Shown here: positions 9,392 to 18,501 of the stretch, one piece after another
Layout of the letters: each line of letters starts with the position of its first letter
Position numbering within the stretch: position 1 is the first letter of the stretch
Origin: Nanobdellota archaeon
GTDB taxonomy: Archaea > Nanobdellota > Nanobdellia > Woesearchaeales > GW2011-AR4
Direction of reading: 5' to 3'
Length of the DNA: 64,000 bases
Assembly (NCBI GenBank): GCA_038046385.1
Contig: JBBSWH010000009.1
Span: 1-64,000, forward strand
Translations under genes and position numbers: made by a program
Notes under the pieces: generated by a model
Database searches by the model: none
What the model was told of the DNA's origin: nothing
The model's input: the letters and a program-made list of their open reading frames with translations, nothing else

Positions 9392-10381
9392 TTAGGCTGC
9401 TCTTGCTCTTTTTGTTCGTGCAACTGCCTGTATTTGCTGTGCAAGAGCTTCAGCTTCTTTTTCAGCAGAGAAAATTCTTCTCATTCCCTGGGCAAGTACG
9501 TGCATATCTTCACTAAACTCATGCTTTAATTTTTCTATATCTTTTATTCTTTCATCTTCTGGAATCTTAGGCATTACATGAGCAATATAATATTCTTCCA
9601 TTTTTCCTTCTTCGTCATTCAAATATTTTAAGGTCAAAATTACTAATAAAAAGTCTCTTTTTGCAACAAGTGCATCACTATGGAGAGTTGCTTCTATATC
9701 TTTTTTTGTCTGTGCTAAAACATCTCTTAGGTAACCTTCTGCCCTTGGCTTATCTTTATGAGTATCCCATAAAGCCAATCCTTTTTTAATTGCGGCTTTA
9801 TCAGCCCTCAACTTTGGTATTCCTTTTCCAGACGCCCTTATATCTAGCCTTAATGCAATTGATGCAAATAAATTTGTTTGAGTAGATCCAAGAAGCCTAA
9901 CTATTTCCCTTACAGTTTCTCTGTCTCCAGATTTTTCAGCTAATTTTATGATAGGCTCCAAATATGTAAAATAGATATCTCTCTCAGCCTCATTTTCTGA
10001 AATTAATACGTCAAGAACATCTTTTCCAAATTCCGCTTCATACCCTATCGATCCGTGCTGTTCTTCATGCCGGAGCAAAGTTGTTTCTATTTCTTTAACT
10101 TCTTTTAATGTAAGTGTTTCTTCAACTTGCTCGTCAAAACCCAAATCGGTTTCAGCCCTTTCAACCTTTTTCCCTTCTTTAACCAACGTTACCTGGTCTT
10201 TCATAGCCTTTGTAACGCGATGCTCTCTTAAGACTTCATCTGGAATTTTTTCATAGATTAAGGATTTCATACGGGGCAATAAATGTTCAATAATTCTTCC
10301 TCTTTTTCTCATCTGCCTTCTTAAGAAAAAAGGAATTTTAATAAATTTAGAATACCATCGCGTTAACCATCCTTCTGTCAT
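9392..10381 (-). CDS. Hypothetical helical/coiled-coil protein
   Basis: 329-aa charged ORF with GAGGT RBS; no recognised motif. Confidence 0.7.
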   Translation of the reverse strand: MTEGWLTRWYSKFIKIPFFLRRQMRKRGRIIEHLLPRMKSLIYEKIPDEVLREHRVTKAMKDQVTLVKEGKKVERAETDLGFDEQVEETLTLKEVKEIETTLLRHEEQHGSIGYEAEFGKDVLDVLISENEAERDIYFTYLEPIIKLAEKSGDRETVREIVRLLGSTQTNLFASIALRLDIRASGKGIPKLRADKAAIKKGLALWDTHKDKPRAEGYLRDVLAQTKKDIEATLHSDALVAKRDFLLVILTLKYLNDEEGKMEEYYIAHVMPKIPEDERIKDIEKLKHEFSEDMHVLAQGMRRIFSAEKEAEALAQQIQAVARTKRARAA

Positions 10382-10447
10382 TTTTGTAACCTCTTTAAAT
10401 TTGATAATTATTTCCTTGATTGCAGTTATTTAAATCTTTCCTTTTTG

Positions 10448-10563
10448 TCAAGAACCGCCATCACTATTAAGTAAATGCGGATAGTATAGCCTATTCCAGC
10501 GGTTCTTGAGCATGATCAAAAATTACGACAGTTTATTATATATTTTTGGTAATTTTTGACATG
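10448..10563. repeat. Tandem pair of inverted repeats (REP-like)
   Basis: tcaagaaccgc (10448-58)/gcggttcttga (10499-509); tcaaaaattac (10516-26)/gtaatttttga (10549-59); 6-nt spacer gcatga. Confidence 0.75.
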
Positions 10564-10663
10564 TTTAGTTTTTGGAAGTGGTAAATAAGATAATATGTAA
10601 AAAATAATTTCAATCACAAACTATAAATAGCGTGCAGGCATACCAATCCCGAGGTGTTTTAAC

Positions 10664-11266
10664 ATGTATACATTGCCAGCATTGCCATACGATTATAATG
10701 CTCTTGAGCCGTTTATTGATGAGCAGACTATGAGGATTCATCACACAAAGCACCATCAGGCTTACATTGACAAGCTTAACGGAGTGATAAAAGGCACGGA
10801 GTTTGAGAATTTGACTGTAAATGAGCTTCTCAGAAGAACAAACGAACTGCCGGAAAGCATGAAGGCTGTTGTAAGAAACCATGGCGGTGGACATTCTAAT
10901 CATTCATTCTTTTGGCAGATAATGGCCCCAAATGCAGGGGGAATCCCAACAGATAATCTTGCTGAAGCAATAACAAGCTCTTTTGGATCTTTTGATAAGT
11001 TTAAAGAAGAGTTTCAGAATGCAGGCATTAACAGATTTGGCTCAGGATGGGCATGGCTAATTGCAAATAATGGCAAATTAAGCATCATAAGCACTCCAAA
11101 CCAAGACAGTCCAATAATGGAGGGCAAAACCCCTATATTAGGGGTTGATGTGTGGGAACATGCTTATTATCTCAAATACCAGAATAAAAGGGCAGATTAC
11201 CTTGCAGCATGGTGGAACATAGTTAATTGGAAGAAAGTAAATGAATTATTCGAGCAACATAAGTAA
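10664..11266 (+). CDS. sod: Fe/Mn superoxide dismutase
   Basis: [30 protein letters not shown]. Confidence 0.96.
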   Translation: MYTLPALPYDYNALEPFIDEQTMRIHHTKHHQAYIDKLNGVIKGTEFENLTVNELLRRTNELPESMKAVVRNHGGGHSNHSFFWQIMAPNAGGIPTDNLAEAITSSFGSFDKFKEEFQNAGINRFGSGWAWLIANNGKLSIISTPNQDSPIMEGKTPILGVDVWEHAYYLKYQNKRADYLAAWWNIVNWKKVNELFEQHK

Positions 11267-11350
11267 ACTGATGATTTTTCTATCCCAGTATACATATTTA
11301 TGCAAAGATTTAAATATTAGTTCTTAGATGAATATTTAAAAAGAGGCATT

Positions 11351-11797
11351 ATGAGCGTTCACGTTAAAAAAGCACAAGCAGCTATTGAGTTTTTGATGAC
11401 TTATGGCTGGGCAGTCTTAAGTGTGCTAGCGGCGATTGCGATACTCGCATATTTTGGGATATTAAGCCCAGAAAAGCTTCTTCCGGAGAAATGCATAATT
11501 GATCAGGGCATAACCTGCATCGGCACCAAAATAGAATCTTCGCAGATAACGCTTGTATTGTTAAATTCAGCTGAAAACAGGCCAATAACAATCAGCAACA
11601 TTAATGTTGAAGGATGCAGCAACAGTTTCAATCAGGAAATGGTTAGCGGAGTCAAGAACACATTTTTGCTTGACAAGTCATGCAGCAACGGAGAACAAAA
11701 AGACAAATTCAAAGGCAGCATAAAAATAAATTACTTTGATAAGGCATCAGGGCTGGAAAAAACAGCATACGGAAGCCTGAATTCAAGGGTAGAATAA
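11351..11797 (+). CDS. Archaeal type IV pilin-like protein
   Basis: Class III signal KKA/QAAIEFLMTYGWA with E+5 and hydrophobic helix. Confidence 0.88.
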   Translation: MSVHVKKAQAAIEFLMTYGWAVLSVLAAIAILAYFGILSPEKLLPEKCIIDQGITCIGTKIESSQITLVLLNSAENRPITISNINVEGCSNSFNQEMVSGVKNTFLLDKSCSNGEQKDKFKGSIKINYFDKASGLEKTAYGSLNSRVE

Positions 11798-11861
11798 TAA
11801 TTAAATTTAAATACACGCTAAACAAAGAACAGATAAATAATAATTTAAGAGGTGAAAGGAA

Positions 11862-12287
11862 ATGGAAAGGAAAGGACAAGCAGCCCTTGAATTCATAATG
11901 ACCTATGGATGGGCTATCCTGGTCGTATTGGTTGCTATTGGAGCATTAGCTTATTTCGGTGTCTTGAGCCCGGACAAATTTTTGCCGGCAAAATGTACTT
12001 TACAGGCTGGAGTAGCATGTCTTGATCATAAGGCGACAGCAACACAGCTGCAAGTAAGGGTGCAAAACAGCTTGGGATATGATGTTACAGTTGACGCAGT
12101 TAAGGCAGACCAGTGTACAGCATTAGGAACTCAGGGAGTATGGAAAAACGGAGACCCGGTAACTTATACTTTGACATGCTCTAATCTTGGTTCAAAATAT
12201 AACGGCGATCTTAACATAACATACACAAACTCTGTGACATTAATACAGCACAATAACCAAGGAGAAATAACAACAAGAGTAGAATAA
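11862..12287 (+). CDS. Archaeal type IV pilin-like protein (paralogue)
   Basis: RKG/QAALEFIMTYGWA; strong GAGGTGA RBS. Confidence 0.9.
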   Translation: MERKGQAALEFIMTYGWAILVVLVAIGALAYFGVLSPDKFLPAKCTLQAGVACLDHKATATQLQVRVQNSLGYDVTVDAVKADQCTALGTQGVWKNGDPVTYTLTCSNLGSKYNGDLNITYTNSVTLIQHNNQGEITTRVE

Positions 12288-12325
12288 ATCTATTCTTTAT
12301 TTTTTTCTTTTTTAATTTTTATTTA
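12288..12325 (+). terminator. T-rich archaeal terminator after the pilin pair
   Basis: Several oligo-T runs directly after the stop codon. Confidence 0.5.
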
Positions 12326-12437
12326 TAATCATTAGATTACACTGTAAACTTATTAATATTTTAAATGATTATAACAATGTTATAGGAATATTTGTAATCT
12401 GTATATTGTTATAAATAAGCAAAAAAGAATAATAAAT

Positions 12438-15400
12438 TTACTTAGAAGACTTCTTCTTTATTATTGCATAAACCATAAGCACCAATACTATAATTATAGA
12501 TGCTATTATTGCTGTCATAAGCATGCTATTTGATTTACCGCTGTCAGCCTTGCTATCATCTACTACAGCTGCCTGGCAATCAGAATCTGCTGAATCTACA
12601 AGTCCGTCACCGTCATTATCAAGAGTGTCATCACAAAGTTCTACCATAGCAACAGGTACCACATCTGGAGCAGCCCCTTCTCTTGAGCCTATTACATCTG
12701 GAGCAGCCCCTTCTCTTGAGCCTATTGCAAATGTGCTGAATCCAGGAGTTGTTGCCTGATACATTGCATTATTGTCATCAGAGCTTAATATTGAAGTGGG
12801 AAGCATGTTCCATGCGCTGTTGCTGTATCTGTAAAGTACAACATCTGCTTCAGCAACACCGTTGCTTAAAAGCCATGATTTTTGAACTTTGAATGCTATA
12901 GTTATGCTAGCAGTTGATGCATCTGGCAGGTTTGTTTTGGTAAACTGCAAGTACTGATAAATTTTAGATGATGCAGCAGTGACTAATGGATTTTCCTTTA
13001 GACTTTCAACTTTTATTTCAGGGTTTGCAAGGTTGTCTTTAGCTTCAATGATTATTTCAGTTACTGCTATCTGGCTATTGCTTATGCTCATTTTTGCTTC
13101 TGCGCCTGCATCTATCTTGTCCCATGCTTTTGCTGTTGAAGCTTGTGTGTTACTTGTTGTTGCAACTGCCCCTCCACCGCCTGAAGAAGAACTAGATGAA
13201 GATGAGCTTGACGAAGAGCTAGCTGCATCAGTTGTGAAGTTAAAAGTTCCATTTACTGCGCAGTTTCCGTTGAAATCACATACAGAGACATTAAAGTAAT
13301 AGGTTGTGTTTGCAGTTAAGCTGCTTATTGATATTGATTTGGATTTGTTGAATTGAACATTGTTTGCAACAGAAGCCAAAGAGCTTACAGATGTCCCATA
13401 TAGCACAGTTGCATTAACAGACTCGTTCATGCCGTTGATGGTCATTGTGCCTGATGTTGTGCTAAAGCTTGTTGATACTCTCGAAAGGTTCGGAGTGTTT
13501 GAAGGAGTTGTGTCAGATACTGTAAAGTTCAACAAGTACCTGTTTATGTTTCCGCTTGTGTCAACAACTGTGAATGTAATATTATACATTCCGTTTAGAA
13601 GATGCTCAACACTGCTTGCAGTACAAGTGGTTCCAGACAAGTCCATTGATCTGTTAGCAGTTGCAGGCATGCTTGAATCATTCATATGGTAAGAACAGCT
13701 TGCTGCATCAGAAGACACAGTTATATTCGGGCTGAATGAGCTTACATTCTGGATTGGAGCAGGGATTGTTACGTTAATTGTAGGGGCGTTTGAGTCGTTG
13801 ACTACAGCAATAATACTGAAATGCGATACGTAAATATCTACAGACCTATTGCCGTTTGTTGCATTCCAGCAAGGCAATCCTGATTCCAATGATTGGCTTA
13901 AGTCCAATGATGCTGAACATTGATTTATGCTTGTTTTTGAGGCAAGGTTTGATTCATCTGGGAAATACCATATCTGGAATGTTCCGCTTCCGCCTATATT
14001 TGTTGCATTTAATGAAGGCAGCCTCAATTTGGCAAAATAGCTGTCGTTATTAGGAAGAAATTTTGAAAAACTCCTGTTGATATAAAGCATATCTACTACA
14101 TTCGCAGTCTGGTTGTTAAGTATATGCCTAGCTGCGGTTCTTCCAGCAGTGCTTGAAGTATTCAGCAATGTTACATAAATCTCATCAGTTTTATTCCAAT
14201 TAGCAGCAGAACCATTAAAGTTTATAGTTAGGTTTATTCCATTATCTCCGCCTAAAGCGGTTCTATTTGTACCTAAAAACAATTCGATAGTCTGAGCTGT
14301 GTTTAACTCCCCTTCTACTTTTGCGCCGGTTGAATCAAAGAAACTAATGTTAGTCAGATTGTAATTGTTACTATCTCTTATAGTCAAATTCGTACCAACT
14401 GTATTTACTGATCCAGTAACGGTTATAGTTATGATGCTGCTATTCACAGCATTTCCAACAGTATCATTTGCGGTGAATTTTATTGTGTGAGTGCCTGCGC
14501 TTAGGTTTGCGCTCACATTTCCATAGAATGCAGATGCAGTTTGCCCAAGACCAGCTGAACTTATCCTGATATGCTTAACAGAATCTTCATCTAGATAATA
14601 ACCAATTGCCCCTATTTTTAAAAAGTTATCAGTTACACTTGCATTTAACCCAGATATATTCAGTGAGCTTGCATAATTATCTCCATTTGATGGAGCAACT
14701 ATAGTTAAAGTAGGCGCGGTATTATCAATTCCAAAAAAGAATTGAGTACTATTTGAAGTTCCAAGTGAATCTGTAGCGTTTACAGTCAAGATTCTTAGTG
14801 AAGCGCCTGTGCATGAGCCGAATGGGAAGAATGCAGCACCACTTGAGAATGTTCCACTCTGACTGCAGCTAGATGACCATTGCATTGATGTAACATTAGT
14901 GAAAGTATCTGCAACAGTTACTGTAACACTTAAGTTTGAAGTGCCGTTAGTGTTGTTAGTTGGCGAAGTCAAGGTAAAACCAGGACCTGTAAGATCAACT
15001 GTGAAGTTGTACTTCAAAGATTCTCCTATATTTCCTGAGTTATCGGTGCATGTTACATTCCATTTGTGATACCCTTGTGCTAATGGAAGTGTTGTGTTTG
15101 ATTGAAGAGTGCCGCTTGTTACATTCATATTAGAAATGTTTTTTACGTTATCTATTGATACATTACACAAAAAGTTGCTATCCACATTATCAGTTGCAGT
15201 GAAATTAAAGTTGGGAGTTGCTGATGAAGTGTTTGACCCATTACCAGGCGCGTTTAAGGTTATAGTTGGCGCTGTTCCATCACTTCCTACCACAAATACC
15301 ATGGCTGAGGAGTTTACCCTGTTATTAACGCTATCATTTACTTCGAATATAAAGCCTAAAACTTGATTTGTTTGGTTAGTAGGTATCGCAAAACTCAAGT

Positions 15401-16952
15401 TTGCAGACTGGCCATTTTGTACACTGTGTGTGATATTAACTTCATTGCTGCTTGTTCCGGAAATATTTACGAAGAGTCTAACTGAGCTCACCTTGGTTAG
15501 ATTATCAGACACATTAACACCCACTTTTACAATCTCCCCAGTTGCCACAGACGAATCACCCGTACTGTTACTTAAGTTACTTAAAACAGGATTGATTTGA
15601 TCAATAGTAAAGTTTATTGTGGCGCTTGTGTTAGTATAACCAGGACTATCAGAGCAATTTACATTCCAGCCATAAGTTCCGTTGGATAAAACTGTGCTGT
15701 TTAAATGGTTGCTACCATTAGTTACGTTTAAATCAGGAATTGCAGCAACAGCAATTCCAGCAGAAGATATGTTAACGGCACAAATTAAGCTTGTGTCGTT
15801 ATTGTCAAACGCTGTGAAATTAAAAGTCATTGTAGCACTTGTCTGGTTGAATAAATCTGCCGGTGCATTCAATGTTATGGGTCCTGGCTTAGTTCTATCT
15901 TCTCCAACAACAAATACCATAGTTGAAGATATAATCTTATTTCCAAGTGAATCGTTTGCCTCGAATGTGAAATTTAAATGTTGATTTAACTGGTCTACAG
16001 GTATTTTATAAGTCAAATTTACAGACTGATAATTATTAACACTTCTCGTAATATTAACTTCATTATTAGAAACTCCTGAAATATTGACAAACAACCTTAC
16101 TGTGCTGACCCCTGTTAAATTATCTGAAACGTTTACTCCAATAGCAACTACTTCTTCAGTTCCTATAACAGAATCTGCTGTACTGTTGCTTAGATTAACA
16201 AATACCGGCGGAATCTGATCAATAGTAAAAGTTCTTGACGCACTAGTGTTTGTATTGCCAACTTCGTCTGAACAGTTTACATTCCATGAATAAGTCCCAT
16301 TAGATAAAACAGTACCATTTACTTGAAGAACGCCGCTCGTTGTGTTGATGTCAGGTATAGATGTAAAAGGCTGCCCTCCAGCTGAAATATTAACATTACA
16401 TTTTTGCAACCTTACATCGATAGCAGTAAAACCAAAAGTCATTATAGAGCTCGTCTGGTTGAACAAGTCTGCTGGGCTGTTTAGACTAATGGTGCCTGGA
16501 GGCGTTGCATCAACTATTAAACTTCTATTACTTGTAAAATTTAAATATTCGCTTCCATCACTCGTGGTTGCGTTGTAGCATCCAACTGCCCAGTTAAATA
16601 AGGCGTCCACTCCAAGCGTAGTGCTAATATGGCTAAAACCTAGGCTACCATTCACAATATTGCTTGTTGAAGTGTTAACTGCTGTTTCCGCCCAAGTTCC
16701 TGTTATGTTGGTCCAGATACTGCAGTTGCTGATGCTTCCATTATCATGGGCGCCATTCCATGTTACATTAAAAGTAAAGTTTGTATTTCTTGAAGTGTTT
16801 ATTGCCCCGTTTGTAGGCGAATTTTGAGTGATAATAAATGCTTGAGCAAATAAAACACTCAAAACAAAAACCAAGACTATAGAAACCAGCAGAGCTATAT
16901 TTATTCTTCCATCTTTAGATAAAAATAAACCTTTCAAACCCTCTTTTTTCAT
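12438..16952 (-). CDS. Large cell-surface glycoprotein with Ig-like repeats, PGF-pre-PGF domain and C-terminal anchor
   Basis: Signal peptide, dense N-x-S/T sequons, poly-Ser/Gly linker, TTPGFSTFAIG, CDDxxDNDGDGLVDxxDxDC motif, TM plus KKK tail. Confidence 0.88.
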   Translation of the reverse strand: MKKEGLKGLFLSKDGRINIALLVSIVLVFVLSVLFAQAFIITQNSPTNGAINTSRNTNFTFNVTWNGAHDNGSISNCSIWTNITGTWAETAVNTSTSNIVNGSLGFSHISTTLGVDALFNWAVGCYNATTSDGSEYLNFTSNRSLIVDATPPGTISLNSPADLFNQTSSIMTFGFTAIDVRLQKCNVNISAGGQPFTSIPDINTTSGVLQVNGTVLSNGTYSWNVNCSDEVGNTNTSASRTFTIDQIPPVFVNLSNSTADSVIGTEEVVAIGVNVSDNLTGVSTVRLFVNISGVSNNEVNITRSVNNYQSVNLTYKIPVDQLNQHLNFTFEANDSLGNKIISSTMVFVVGEDRTKPGPITLNAPADLFNQTSATMTFNFTAFDNNDTSLICAVNISSAGIAVAAIPDLNVTNGSNHLNSTVLSNGTYGWNVNCSDSPGYTNTSATINFTIDQINPVLSNLSNSTGDSSVATGEIVKVGVNVSDNLTKVSSVRLFVNISGTSSNEVNITHSVQNGQSANLSFAIPTNQTNQVLGFIFEVNDSVNNRVNSSAMVFVVGSDGTAPTITLNAPGNGSNTSSATPNFNFTATDNVDSNFLCNVSIDNVKNISNMNVTSGTLQSNTTLPLAQGYHKWNVTCTDNSGNIGESLKYNFTVDLTGPGFTLTSPTNNTNGTSNLSVTVTVADTFTNVTSMQWSSSCSQSGTFSSGAAFFPFGSCTGASLRILTVNATDSLGTSNSTQFFFGIDNTAPTLTIVAPSNGDNYASSLNISGLNASVTDNFLKIGAIGYYLDEDSVKHIRISSAGLGQTASAFYGNVSANLSAGTHTIKFTANDTVGNAVNSSIITITVTGSVNTVGTNLTIRDSNNYNLTNISFFDSTGAKVEGELNTAQTIELFLGTNRTALGGDNGINLTINFNGSAANWNKTDEIYVTLLNTSSTAGRTAARHILNNQTANVVDMLYINRSFSKFLPNNDSYFAKLRLPSLNATNIGGSGTFQIWYFPDESNLASKTSINQCSASLDLSQSLESGLPCWNATNGNRSVDIYVSHFSIIAVVNDSNAPTINVTIPAPIQNVSSFSPNITVSSDAASCSYHMNDSSMPATANRSMDLSGTTCTASSVEHLLNGMYNITFTVVDTSGNINRYLLNFTVSDTTPSNTPNLSRVSTSFSTTSGTMTINGMNESVNATVLYGTSVSSLASVANNVQFNKSKSISISSLTANTTYYFNVSVCDFNGNCAVNGTFNFTTDAASSSSSSSSSSSSSGGGGAVATTSNTQASTAKAWDKIDAGAEAKMSISNSQIAVTEIIIEAKDNLANPEIKVESLKENPLVTAASSKIYQYLQFTKTNLPDASTASITIAFKVQKSWLLSNGVAEADVVLYRYSNSAWNMLPTSILSSDDNNAMYQATTPGFSTFAIGSREGAAPDVIGSREGAAPDVVPVAMVELCDDTLDNDGDGLVDSADSDCQAAVVDDSKADSGKSNSMLMTAIIASIIIVLVLMVYAIIKKKSSK
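12661..12726. repeat. Perfect 33-bp tandem duplication (IGSREGAAPDV x2)
   Basis: acatctggagcagccccttctcttgagcctatt at 12661-12693 and 12694-12726. Confidence 0.95.
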
Positions 16953-17118
16953 TTACACCCTCTATAAAACCCACGTAAAATTGAATTAAAACATAGTCAC
17001 CTTTTATCTTGTATTTAAGCTTTTCGATTAGCATGGAAAAACAGGGATAAAAAGAAGAATGTTCCGGATAAATTACACATCACCATTTGGAGATAACTAT
17101 ATATTATAGTAATAGAGA

Positions 17119-17475
17119 ATGATTTCCAATATGCCTGTCAAAAATTCAACTAATAATAAAATAATCCAAAACAATGCTAAATTCTGCAACAGTGTATTTT
17201 CAAGATTCAAAGGGCTTATGTTCTCAAGAAAACAGAATATTGCTTTAATCTTTAAATTCAGCAGAGAATCAAAAATCGCTTTGCATCAGTGTTTTGTCTT
17301 TTATTCTATTGATGTTTTGTTTCTTGACAAAAACAGAATAGTTGTTGACATAAAAGAAAACTTCAAGCCATTTACGTTTTATACATCTAAAAAGAAAGCC
17401 GTCTATGCAATAGAATTGCCGGAAGGAGCTATTAATCACAGCAAAACCAAGATAGGCGACAGGATAAAGTTCTGA
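17119..17475 (+). CDS. DUF192 family protein
   Basis: RFKGLMF, IDVLFLD, AIELPEG, KIGDRI. Confidence 0.88.
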   Translation: MISNMPVKNSTNNKIIQNNAKFCNSVFSRFKGLMFSRKQNIALIFKFSRESKIALHQCFVFYSIDVLFLDKNRIVVDIKENFKPFTFYTSKKKAVYAIELPEGAINHSKTKIGDRIKF

Positions 17476-17503
17476 ACAACAATAACCACTGGACATCCTC
17501 ACC

Positions 17504-17517
17504 TAAGATATATAAAC
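17504..17517 (+). promoter_or_regulatory. BRE/TATA-like promoter upstream of the fold-back element and nuclease
   Basis: taagatatataaac, about 25 nt before the first stem at 17539. Confidence 0.5.
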
Positions 17518-17538
17518 TAATTCTGCTTCTGAAAACTG

Positions 17539-17718
17539 AAAAGAGAACACGCAAAACTGCCAAATAATGATTACTTGAACAGAGTTCAAGTTCCCAAAAT
17601 CTTTGATTTTTGAGGATTCGCTAAAGCTGAAAATCAATTATGCAGTTTCGCTTAACATGTCAGAAATCGAAGATTTCTGAGCATCATCAAAAATCTTTGA
17701 TTTTTGAGATTCTCTTTT
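17539..17718. repeat. Multi-branched fold-back element (nested stems plus triloop hairpins)
   Basis: Outer stem aaaagagaa/ttctctttt; gcaaaactgc/gcagtttcgc; ataatgatt/aatcaattat; hairpins acttgaac-aga-gttcaagt, aaaatc-ttt-gatttt, tcagaaatc-gaa-gatttctga, tcaaaaatc-ttt-gatttttga. Confidence 0.75.
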
Positions 17719-17726
17719 TACTATAA

Positions 17727-17760
17727 CTCCAAAGTTCCAAAAGCCAGAAACTTTGGAGGT
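17727..17760 (+). promoter_or_regulatory. Hairpin sequestering the nuclease Shine-Dalgarno
   Basis: ctccaaagtt (17727-36) pairs with aactttggag (17749-58), covering GGAG of GGAGGT upstream of ATG 17767. Confidence 0.6.
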
Positions 17761-17766
17761 ATTAAT

Positions 17767-18501
17767 ATGAAAAATCACTTAAAATTGGATGAAAAGAGGG
17801 AGATTGTTAGGGATTTTATCAAAACAAATCCCAACTGTACTTATTTGGATATAAAACGAGGTACTAGGATTAAAGTTGAAAGAATTTATAAAAACATGAG
17901 TGAGGCTTATGAAGATGCAGGCGTAGTATTCTCTAAAAATTTGACTAGGAGAACTTTAATTGAACAGAAAAGAGATGTTATAGCATTTATAAAAAATCAT
18001 CCCAATTGCTCTGTAACCGAAATACAAAAGAATACTGGTGTAAATACTATGAGAATTTTTGGGAGTGTTGTAACTGCATATAAGGAAGCTGGTATCAACT
18101 ACCCAGAAAGGCAAGTGACGTCCGGAGTTATGAACCCTCTCGTTATAAAAAGATGCAACGAATTCGAAAAGAACATAATCAGTGCCTTAAGAGATTTAGG
18201 CGAGGTAATACCCAAAGTTAGGACTCCGGCAGGCATAGTCGATTGCATTTTTATCTACCAAAATAAAAAATTTGTAGTTGAAATTAAGGATTTCAGGGGC
18301 AAAAACAACATAACAATGTATGAGCTAAATCAGCTTGCAAGATATATGAAATCATTGGCTTACAAGAATGGAATCTTAGTGTGCCCAAAAGACAAAATAC
18401 CAAAAAGAAATGCTTGCAGAAACGTTTATATAGACGGCATGGAAATCTCATTCTTGTCCGAAGAGGATTTACGGGGACGTCGTATAAAGGGTTTTCAATA
18501 A
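17767..18501 (+). CDS. PD-(D/E)XK endonuclease with two N-terminal homing-endonuclease-associated-like repeats
   Basis: Two ~60-aa repeats ending RIYKNMSEAYEDAGV and RIFGSVVTAYKEAGI; C-terminal FE...VD...VEIKD...QLARY (Mrr-like); GGAGGT RBS. Confidence 0.75.
   Translation: MKNHLKLDEKREIVRDFIKTNPNCTYLDIKRGTRIKVERIYKNMSEAYEDAGVVFSKNLTRRTLIEQKRDVIAFIKNHPNCSVTEIQKNTGVNTMRIFGSVVTAYKEAGINYPERQVTSGVMNPLVIKRCNEFEKNIISALRDLGEVIPKVRTPAGIVDCIFIYQNKKFVVEIKDFRGKNNITMYELNQLARYMKSLAYKNGILVCPKDKIPKRNACRNVYIDGMEISFLSEEDLRGRRIKGFQ
18418..18433 (+). promoter_or_regulatory. Putative tRNA promoter inside the nuclease ORF
   Basis: agaaacgtttatatag BRE/TATA, about 40 nt upstream of tRNA G1. Confidence 0.55.

Noticed and set aside
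13165-13225. Poly-Ser/Gly tract as a DNA repeat
   Set aside because: Mixed codons; an ordinary linker of PGF-pre-PGF proteins
17592-17708. aaaatctttgatttttgag direct repeats as a mini-CRISPR
   Set aside because: Only two or three degenerate copies with irregular spacing, intervening DNA that is itself base-paired, and no cas genes in the window
17704-17766. TTG start at 17704 for the nuclease
   Set aside because: It lies within the hairpin element; ATG 17767 has a GGAGGT RBS
17476-18472. Nuclease encoded inside a tRNA intron, or an integrated element with att sites
   Set aside because: No upstream tRNA half or duplicated tRNA end was found, the tRNA is complete downstream, and no integrase is present
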